A stretch of DNA of 64,000 nt, taken from the NCBI GenBank assembly GCA_951406725.2, contig OX597814.1, positions 117,242,001 to 117,306,000 of the forward strand, in the 5' to 3' direction. A model generated the notes under the pieces. It worked only from the letters and a program-made list of their open reading frames with translations, searched no databases and was not told where the DNA came from. This document shows positions 53,832 through 64,000 of this stretch, one piece after another. The stretch is from Octopus vulgaris. Lineage: Eukaryota. The position numbers and the translations under genes were made by a program. The stretch's first letter is position 1, and each line of letters begins with the position of its first letter.

Positions 53832-54744
53832 GAATCGATAGCACGCCGGTAAAAATGCTTAACGGCATTTATCTGTGTTTACATCTCCTTTGCCTTTCAC
53901 TCTTTCGAGATCATTAGATAAAAGCAAAGTGAGAACTGGGGCTAATGTAATGGGCTTAACTCCTCACACGGAATTACCGGCCTTGTGCAAAAATTTGAAG
54001 CCAATATAAGATGCTGTTATACCTCTTATGCATAACAATATTAATTTTTCTACAATGAACTACAATTCAAGTGTACTTGAATGGCTACATATACAATCTT
54101 TTGAATTTATTCATTGTTGTATTCTATAATTTAATTACAAGAGAGATTTATGAAGATAATTATCTAATAAAAATTTTAATTTTATATATTTTTCCCAATC
54201 CGAAAACTGGTAAATTTAAAAGTCCTCTTAGCGAACTCCATCATTTCAAGAAATACGTATAAGTAGCTGCAAAACAGCGAATACTAAATTGAAATATTTC
54301 TTTGCCTAATACATATTAAAAAGATACATATTCCAAGATAAATATACCATATATTAACATATAGATTAAAATGTAATTTTTTAATAATCTACTTTGGAAA
54401 ATACGTAATCAATGTTTATGCCTTCATTAAAAATGGAAAAGAAAAATTGAAGTATAAGTCAACCAATATCAAGTGAATCCCGAGGCAACCAGAGAAGAAA
54501 ATTGTTTCCATATGTTAAGGAGAAAACAAGAGCATAGAAACACACACACAAATATATGTTTAAAACAACCTTTCATTATATAATAAACTCTATTAAATGT
54601 TAACAAAGTCTTAAGACTACTACCTATGTGACAATAAATTTTCCTTAAGCAATTCAGGAAACAAGTGTTACCATAGAAAATTTAAAATTAATATTTAAAT
54701 AATTAGAAAATTAATATATTATCTATTTATTGGGAAACCTAGTG

Positions 54745-55051
54745 AAGGTGCGTGACTTCGCGGTTAGGGTATTCGGCTCGCGATCATAAGGTTGTGAGTT
54801 CAATTCTATGCAACGCGCTGTCTCCTTGAGCAAGGTATTTTTTCACGTTGCTCCAGTTTACTCAACTGACAAAAATGAGCAGTACCTGTATTCCAAAGGC
54901 CATCCTTGTCACGATGACTCTCTCTGTCAACTAAGTTAAGGGTACGCGTGTCCTGCGGTGTGTTCAGCCACTTGCATGTTAATTTCACAAGCAGTTTGCT
55001 TCATTGATCGGATTAACTGGAACCCCCATCGTCGTAACCGATGGTTTGCCA
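54745..55051 (+). mobile_element. SINE family D
   Basis: Diverged copy of 53154-53469. Confidence 0.85.
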
Positions 55052-55121
55052 GTAGTAGGATTGGGAAAAAAGTACTATTTCAGCGTGTTATTGGTTTTAT
55101 GATATACATACATGCATGCTA

Positions 55122-55186
<65 letters not shown>

Positions 55187-55627
55187 CGAATATATATTCA
55201 GAGGGATATAACTTTCTCCCTGTCTCTGTTTTTATTCATATTGATTAGCAGATCGAAACTTCGAAGTTACTGTCACCCTTATAATTGCATAAGTATAATG
55301 TATATGCAATCCAACAAAAGGTTTGAGTAATTATTCAGTTTGATGTTAAATTGTTTTTCTTATAAAACGACATAAAAACATGATTGTTTACAATCAGCAT
55401 AAGCTAGAATTTTCAGAACCCCCATCCCAAATAACTCGCATATTACAAATGTATATATTTGCAAGAATTACCATAAGTTAAAAATGTGGGATTGTTTTCA
55501 TCTGCATCTTCTTATCTCTGAGGAAGTTAATTAATGAAAAACGGAAGAGAAAATGTACACGTACAATCACACATATATAAAAATCGCATGCATACACATA
55601 AACATACATATACATATATGTATGTAC

Positions 55628-55666
<39 letters not shown>

Positions 55667-56579
55667 ATATATGTATATATATATATGTACGTATGCATAT
55701 AGTAGAATCGAATAGATGAATATAACAAGGAAGAAAAGGACGTGCAGATGGGATATATTAGTTTGGCGCTTGGTAAACATCGAGAGTTTTTGATGTTTTG
55801 AATATAGCTCCTGTTCGAAAAGGAAAACGGAAACGTCCAAAGAAAGCAACCCCCACCCAAAAATATCATCAAATGCACGTGTGTAGTTGCATCTATATAC
55901 AATAAATACAAAGAATACAAATAAATCTAGTAAATGCTTAGGCAGAGAAAAAATAAAATGCCCAATGATAAACATCTGTATAAGTACGAATGTTGTATAT
56001 ACATGCATCATGCATAAAAGGGAAACAACGTTTACAGAGGGAAACGGCTGATTCATTCAAGAATCTTTATCGCAATCATGCCGTCAGCTTCAAGAACATG
56101 AAGATGTATTCGACATGTTTGGCTGATTTTGTGTAGCGACTACAGGAGGATAAAATTAAATATGATATTACTTGGTGCATAATAAGGCATGAACAACCGA
56201 TTATATCTTTCCCAACAGATGAAGACTCTGCTTCGAGGAAGCCCTGACTGTTTGTGGATCAATGGAATGATCATTAATAGATTCTCTGAAAGACCGTCAA
56301 GATGCTTACATGTAAATAATGCAATGGGAAAGGAATTTGAGTAATGTAATATCCGTACGGTATCGATGAATTAACTGTAACCTCCCCATTTTTATAAATA
56401 AAATGTATCTATTTAATTTGTTATGTCACCATATGTGCACCAAACTACACGTGTGCGTATGCTTATATCTCCGCATAAGGTTGTACGAGTTCTTATACAT
56501 TTTAAGCCTAATATTACGGTAACATATACACACACACACAAACATATATATATGTATATATATATATATATATATACAT

Positions 56580-56738
56580 ACGATAGGCTTCTTTTAGTTT
56601 CAGTCTACCAAATCCACTCACAAGGCTTGGGTTGACCCGAGGCTATAATAGAAGACACATGCCCAAGTTGCCTCGACGTAGTACCGAACCGGGAACCATG
56701 TGTTTCGGAAGCAAGCTTTTTGCCCGAAAACCACGCCT
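56580..56738 (-). mobile_element. SINE family B, 5' half
   Basis: Homology to the family B head up to the internal microsatellite. Confidence 0.75.
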
Positions 56739-57454
56739 CAAAAGAAACAATCAGTGAAATTAAAGCGACGCAAACGTCGGTCGCGAAAAGTTTACGCCAA
56801 TGTTTCGACCTTCAAATTGTGATTCCCTGATAAAGACGAAACTTACAAAGCGCTTAAAAAGCCAATGTCAGCATCAAATTTTCGTTATTGAACAAGGTGG
56901 AAAATATTACATTAACATTTACCAAACGATACTACGGAATCATTAGGATATGTTAGGTTAATGATTGCTATCTACGCCAATGTAATTATTCTCTAAATAT
57001 ACACAACATGTTCCTCACGTGATGTCTACTAATTTTAAATACACATTAGTATAATTCCATTATAAAATAACAGCCATTTGCATGGAAAAAATTATACGTA
57101 TATCAGATGGAAAAATACCACGATTTTTATAACAAGTTCAGGTGAAATTCTCCCTTAAAATTCTCTGTATTGCAAGTAAATTGGAGTTAACAATACTGAC
57201 TACTTTAAGATTTTTCTTAACTTGTGTTCATTCTGAATCAGCGATCTCACAGGAAGTTAGATGGTAGCACTAGACGTGATCTCTTTTACATACGATCTTT
57301 AACGGAGAGGGCTAAACACATCGTTATAGAATTTAGTTATATTCCTGCTGTGGCTACGAATTTTTCTCGCAGTCGTTCGTGACAATACATTGAATGTCAG
57401 CGCTCTGCTGGAATATAGATAGTGTCAATCACCTTTTTTCGCAAATATCTTGAG

Positions 57455-57660
<206 letters not shown>

Positions 57661-58509
57661 TAAATAGATACACGAGTAAACAAATAAAATGAAAATGTAA
57701 AACGAATTAATCGCAGCAACATGATCTTGCAGACGTGGAACAATACTTTTATAGAAATGCTGAGATGCATCAATTGATGTTCTTGGTAGATTTGTGTCAT
57801 TGGAATACTTTGCATAATTAATGCCTTATAATATTGGAAGGAGAGGGTCGTCTTGTCCAGTATTTTATTTTATAAACCTCGCTGTTGTAAAAGTCGAAGT
57901 GATCTCTTGGCAGAATTTGAGCTAAGAACATAAAGTCACTGAATAAATGCTGGATGACACTGTTTCCCTTGTTTCTATGATTCTGTCAGTGTGCCACCTT
58001 ATTACGAATAAGTAGCACGAGATGCCATATAACAGTCCCAGATCCATTAGCAACAACAAGAAGGACAACGACATAACAGATTTCTAGTAGATGAAATGCG
58101 CCTTACCTGTTCGTTAGTCCTGGAAGAAATAAGAGTCAAATATTCCTCCGAGGAAATGACATCAGCTTAAAAAAGTGAACGACATATATGATAATGTACA
58201 TGGGTATACCCAGAAATTTATAAAATTAGATGATGATTACATCAAGTAGTAATGCATTTAATCAATGTTTAATCATTGACGTTTGTTCTGATGCAAAATG
58301 ATAACAAAATTAACGATGAAATTGAGTGGCTCTGTGGTAAGTAGCTTGCTTACTAACCGCATGGTTACGGGTTCAGTCCCACTGCGTGGCACCTGGAGCA
58401 AGTGTCTTCTACTATAGGCTCGCGCCGATCAAAGCCTTGTGAGTGGATTTGGTAGACGGAAACTGAAAGAAGTCCATCATATATATGTATATGTATATAT
58501 ATATATATG

Positions 58510-58551
<42 letters not shown>

Positions 58552-58555
<4 letters not shown>

Positions 58556-59382
58556 TTTAACAATTAAGGATAACTTCTTAATAAGGAATCTTAACAAGAA
58601 ATTATCAGGTAGTTAGCGTGAAAAACCCCATAAAAGAAAAGAATTCGAAAATAATTTTTTTCTTTTGAACAAATTAATTATATCTATATTGTATAGAGGG
58701 CATTATTACACATAAATGCCTCACACTAAGAGGGACAAAGTCATTACTACCAAAATTACCCTAATCATACCTAAATGCAGTTCTTCAAAGCAAGACATTT
58801 AAAAAATGAATTTAGTTCTGTATCACCGTGATTTCACATTTAACTTACGTCTATCTTGAGACTACTACTTGTGTGAGGCATTTATGTGTAATAATGCCCT
58901 CTATACAATATAGATATAATTAATTTGTTCAAAAGAAAAAAATTATTTTCGAATTCGTTTCTTTTATGAGGTTTTTCACGGTAACTACCTGATAATTTCT
59001 TGTTAATATTCCTTATTAAGAAGTTATCCTTAATTGTTAAACTTATTCCGAAATACTTTTCTTATCCGACATGCAGTTCGAAAAAGCCCGCCATTTACCG
59101 GATATATGATTTATAAACATTCCATGTGCTTGGCCGGAGTGAATAGATGTCTGTTCGTCTTCGCTAGGTAAGGTTGGTGGTTTATTTATGATGTGTTCAG
59201 AATCAGTTCTGCTGATGATCATAGACGTAAGTTAAATGTGAAGTCACGGTGATACAGAACTAAATTCATTTTTTAAATGTCTTGCTTTGAAGAACTGCAT
59301 TTAGGTATGATTAGTGTAATTTTGGTAGTAATGCCTTTGTCCCTCTTAGTGTGAGGCATTTATGTGTAATAATGCCCTCTAT

Positions 59383-59390
<8 letters not shown>
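58552..59390 (+). mobile_element. Hammerhead-bearing retrozyme / pLTR insertion (inverted plus terminally redundant)
   Basis: 42-bp direct repeat 58871-58912 / 59349-59390; 58552-58854 is the reverse complement of 59221-59390 joined to 58913-59045. Confidence 0.8.
59205..59261 (+). ncRNA. Type I hammerhead motif with one core mutation
   Basis: agttctg-CTGATGA-tcat...atgt-GAAG-tcacggtg-ATA-cagaact; the inverted copy (58814-58854) retains GAAA. Confidence 0.65.
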
Positions 59391-59436
<46 letters not shown>

Positions 59437-59859
59437 ATGTGTGTATGTTTATGTGTCTGTGTTTGTCCCCCCAACATCGCTTGCCAACCGATGCTGGTGT
59501 GTTTACGTCCCCGTAACTTAGCGGTTCGGCAAAAGTGACTGATAGAATAAGTACTAGGCTTACAAAGACTAAGTCCTGGAGTCGATTTGCTTGAATAAAG
59601 GTGGTGCTCTAGCATGGCCGCAGTCAAATGATTGAAACACGTAAGCGAGTAAAAGAGAGCCGCCACAACTTCAACACAATATAAAAACAGTCCTTGACAA
59701 CCTTGACTATATGAAACGCAAAACAACACCATGGAGGAATAATAACCACTATAGGTGAACTACGAGAGGTGGACCGCGATATGGCGACGGATTACTGTAT
59801 TTAATTTTGAGATTACATGCCACAACAGTTTTTTTTTATTAAGATTAAATTTATAGCTA

Positions 59860-60332
59860 CTGGCATGGTGGTTTTTTCGAAGTTTGCTTCCTAACCTTAT
59901 GGGTCCGGACTCAGTTCCACAGCGTGTCAACTTGGGCAAATGTCTCCTATTATAGCGTTGGGCCGATCGGAGCCTTTTGAGTGGACTAGGTAAGCGGAAA
60001 TTGAAAGAAGTCCATCGTATACGAACACACACTCATATATATGTGTGCACGTATGTGTTTGTATACGTCTTCATGTGTGTATGTGCATGTGTGCGTGCAT
60101 TAGCGTATGCGTACGCACCTGCTTTATTTTTGTGTTTGTCCATTATCACCTCTTGACAATTAGTGTTGGCGCGTTTACCTAACATAGTGGTTCGGCAAAA
60201 GAGCTCGATAGAATAAGTAACAACCATGCTTTAAAACTAAGTTCTGGGGTCCATTCATTTGATTAAAATTCTCCAAGTCGGTATCCCAGCATGGCTGCAG
60301 ACTAATGGCTGAAGAAATCAAAGGATAAAAGA
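59860..60332 (+). mobile_element. Old, diverged SINE family B relative
   Basis: Collinear motifs (cttgggcaaatgtc, gaaagaagtccatcgtata, gatagaataagta, cccagcatggctgcag). Confidence 0.75.
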
Positions 60333-61726
60333 TATATGGGTCACGTGAGGTAATAACAAATTATTTAAGTGTTTCAGTTAAATATATTTGTCAGATTCTT
60401 GATGATCGGATACGTTGCCATTACTTGATTTAAAACAAGGTAGTTTGGCGGTGAATGCTTTAATAAATTATAAAAATATATAAATATTACTATTACTTGT
60501 AACCCTTACTAACTCTCCTAGTATGATATAACTCACTTCTGTGAGATATACAATTTAAAAATAAATTTACTTAGGTAATATATTATATTTTCTTAAGTGA
60601 AGTTTAGTATATAAATGAAATGTTTGACAAAAGATATTAAACTTCGGAAAATGTCATTTTCCCAATACATGTGAGAAAAATAGTGAATTATAATCATCGT
60701 ATAAAAAATTTTTAGGCTGAGGGAAAGAATAAGGGTGTAAGGAAGGGGCAGAGAAAGAAAGAGGAGAAAGAGGAAATAAACAATGCATGAGTGTAAATAG
60801 AAAAAAATTCAGACATTTCTAAAGGAAGGATGATTGTTGTCAGAATATTATCAATTTTATACATCGTCTATTATGACTATTGAAGCATAGATTTGAAATA
60901 TATATTGACAGGTAAATACGCGCTGTGTAGAGAAAACAGTACCTCAGTTGCTGTCAATAGAGTTAATACTTATTTGGCTCTCTCTGTTGCTCTTTCTGTG
61001 CGTGTGTATATATATAAATACATATATACACTCACACACATATATGTGTGTTTGTGTGTGTGTGTGTGTATTCCTATATGTATGTGCGTTTGTGTGTGTG
61101 TGTATAAACAAACTGTTTTTTATTCAGTAAATTCCTTGCTCTATTATAAATCTTTTTCAGTTGATTTCCGATATTATGTTGCTTCAGTTGTTTTATGCAC
61201 AATGATATTTTAGCACAAAATCGAGATCCAATACAATCTGAGCTATTATTATTATTTCATCGCCGATGTATAGTTTATAAAATCTTAGTAATGGTTTTGT
61301 GATTTTCTTTATGTGTAAAAGGTTATAATCAATCAATCAATCAATCAGAATGTCAGTTGCCTTCATATGTGACATTTATCTGACAACAAACATTAGATGC
61401 TAACATGGATTCGAAGCTGTCTTTTTTTTTAATCTTATTATTTACAGGGAAAACTGAACTGTCTAGCATTAAGAAAACAAGAATCATAAACCAGAAAGAT
61501 TACAGCTATATGAATAATGGTTACGGTGTCCAAGAAAATAAACTTATCTTCTCGAAAACAAAGAAAGTTACATTCATTTTAAATATCGTAGTATTACTAA
61601 AGCTTTACAGTAAGCTCAGGAAGGTATCAATTCCTGTTTAAGACTATAAACAAAAGGTAGAGAAATTTTCATGATCTTCAAGAATTTCTGTATAATTACG
61701 AATTTCGTTTTGGCATCGTGTGGTTG

Positions 61727-62005
61727 CATGGTGTCTTGGCTCACTAGGGCCGGTTTCACGGTTTCCTTGGCGTATAGGTTCCCCACCTGGACGGGACGCC
61801 GGTCCGTCGCAGGTGATCTGCAAGAGGCAGGAGGAAAGAGTGAGAGAAAGTTGTGGCGAAAGAGTCAGCAGAAGTTCGCCATTACCTTCTGCTGGAGCCG
61901 CGTAGAGCTTAGGTGTTTCGCTCATAAACACACACATCGTCCAGTCTGAGATTCGAACCCACGATCCCTCGACCGCTGCTCTAACCACCAGGCCATGTGT
62001 CTCCA
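61727..62005 (-). mobile_element. SINE family C
   Basis: Reverse complement of 10286-10588. Confidence 0.9.
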
Positions 62006-63399
62006 CTGGCACAAAATTAAATGGAAGGTACTTGAGCAAGCAGGGGCTTTCATAAAATGGAGAAAACTACGTAAGCTTTGTTTGACTGAGTGGGCAAGAA
62101 TCCGCAAAACACGGTCGACCCGAGGACCTTTAAGATCCCCAGCAGTCAAAACCTGACCCTAAAGCCATATTAAATGTTCATATAGCGCTAGGAGAGTTGA
62201 CAGAGAGACAAAATAAACTAGCAAAAAAAAATTACTGGAGAATTCCAGATCCTGGATTTCTGGCTTAGTATAAGAGATGCTCTGCCTTCCTCAGTGGAAT
62301 ATACTAGATAGTACATAAATACAGATATATATATATACACAATAAAGAGTAGAGCCTTCTATTTGTTAAAAAGTGATAGGCATTTTTAATGAAATCCATA
62401 TACCGTATCAAGATATTAAATTTATTTCACTAAGAGAATAAGGTCAACGGGATGGATTAGCAATTCCATATGAGGCAAGTGAGGTTTAAATAAAAACATA
62501 TAGTTTGAAGAAGACAACGATAAGGTGAGATGAAATGGCATATTCTTCATATCCTGATATAAAGACCTGCATCAAAAATGCCTTGAACCTACCCTGGGCG
62601 TACATACAAAGGAAATCAAAATTCACTCATAACTAGGCGTGCGGTATATCCTTTGTTTTTTTGTTTTTAAGTAACAAGAACAGTGCGGCAAAATACAATA
62701 CCGACCGGAGAGAAACCAAACCGTATACACGATTCGTGGATGTAATATTGAAATCCAGATGCTCATGCATAAACTATTTAGATTCCTTTTGACACACGGA
62801 GGACAGGCAATACAACTCTCCCAGCTTAATTTGGAAACATGGATGTGATTATCAACTACAAGGCCAACTGGAAGATTCCTTCTAAGACCAAGATTATATT
62901 AATGTATGAGAAAAATATTCCGTATATTCACTTCTGAAAAGCCTGCAAAACTCTGGGATGTGATCAAATTCTCACTTTACGAAATGCATTTTTGATTGAA
63001 TTAAAAATAAACCACCGGACAGGCCATAACTTATTACTTTGCGATTCTATCCAGCTCCAAACGTGGAAAATATTCCCCAGAGCCAGCGTATTTCCATTGA
63101 TCTCTCCTAATTGGCTATAAACTAGCTGGATGTGCAAGCGCCTAAATACTGATAAACGACCTAATTTCAACTTCTATCATCTCAATAACCTTCCAAATAT
63201 TTGCATTTCTCTTGTGTTTTTCGTGTTAGATAAAATAACTTTTACATCTTATAAGAGTTTGGCTCTATTTGCTGTTTAGTGAATTTCCCCCCCTGTGATT
63301 GCTCTCCCTTTTAGCCACACTATACATTCTCATTTCAACATAGCTTACCTCATCTCCAATTGCTACGCATTAACAGCTAGAAAAACACCGGATAAGTCA

Positions 63400-64000
63400 A
63401 TTTCACGTTGTCGGTGGTGTAATCTTTGATTTTGTTTTCATAGTGTTCGTCGTTATTTAAGATGGATGCTACTAGATTTTTGTCGTATAATTCATCGATT
63501 ACTAGCACCACACTCCCTCGATCCGTTCCTCGATTGCTATTTCTTCATTGTTTTGTAGATGATTTAGTTCTTTCCATTGAGTGGTGCTGAAATTTGAATT
63601 GATTTTTTTGATTTTACAAGGTATATTAAGGAACGTTTTAAATGTGGTTGCAGAATTCGTCGCGATTTTTATTTCTTACAGTGTGGGGGACGTGTTCACT
63701 TCTGTTTTTGACTAGTGAATCATTATAATTGGCCAGTGCTCCTGTAAGCCTTAATTCCCTGCAGAATTCTCAAACACTGACCTTGACTTCATTTTGATTA
63801 GTTCTGCCTGGTGTTGGGGTGAATTGTAGCTCTTTTGATAGGACATCGACCTTCGTGGTTGATAAGTATTCATATGACAATTTTGTTACATTCGGTATCT
63901 CCTGTGTATCAAGTTCCAACATGTTTCCTGGTTTCTCTTGTCTGGGTCTAAAAGATGTTGGTTGCGGTTGTGTTAGCATGAACTGTCCGTGTAAATGTAA
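63400..64000 (-). mobile_element. PLE ORF N-terminal (pre-RT) remnant
   Basis: VTKLSYEYLSTTKVDVLSKELQFTPTP...EFCRELRL resembles the PLE motif V.NLS...L...E..VLSKGL.F.PTP. Confidence 0.6.

Larger units (their letters stand above)
58323..59658 (+). mobile_element. SINE family B split by an insertion in its internal (TA)n
   Basis: 5' half 58323-58479 and 3' half 59433-59658 are collinear with 52085-52505. Confidence 0.88.

Noticed and set aside
62340-63300. Possible plus-strand PLE RT-thumb remnant
   Set aside because: Only scattered short motif resemblances (AIPY, YPDIKTCIKNA); a translated profile search would be needed.

Overview
AT-rich, repeat-saturated eukaryotic non-genic or intronic DNA. 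Its SINE and microsatellite repertoire looks like a coleoid cephalopod (Octopus-like) genome; this is inferred from repeat recognition only. I can support no intact host gene. Nearly all listed ORFs are microsatellite read-throughs or decayed transposon fragments. Contents: four tRNA-derived SINE families (over 20 copies, several with target-site duplications); one full-length but frameshifted Tc1 (DD34E, long IR/DR-type TIRs, 17540-19162); a non-autonomous Helitron; a mariner derivative; fragments of R4/Dong-, RTE- and CR1-like LINEs; and four Penelope-like element (PLE) coding remnants. The most notable signal is non-coding: a set of short (0.2-1 kb) insertions in (TA)n microsatellites carrying type I hammerhead ribozyme motifs. 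These include a near-identical 404-bp tandem array with one intact hammerhead per unit (28753-29804), two inverted or circularly permuted insertions (7379-8167, 58552-59390) and a family with a recurrent variant core (CUGUNGA). Together they look like a diverse set of retrozyme/PLE pseudo-LTR elements.
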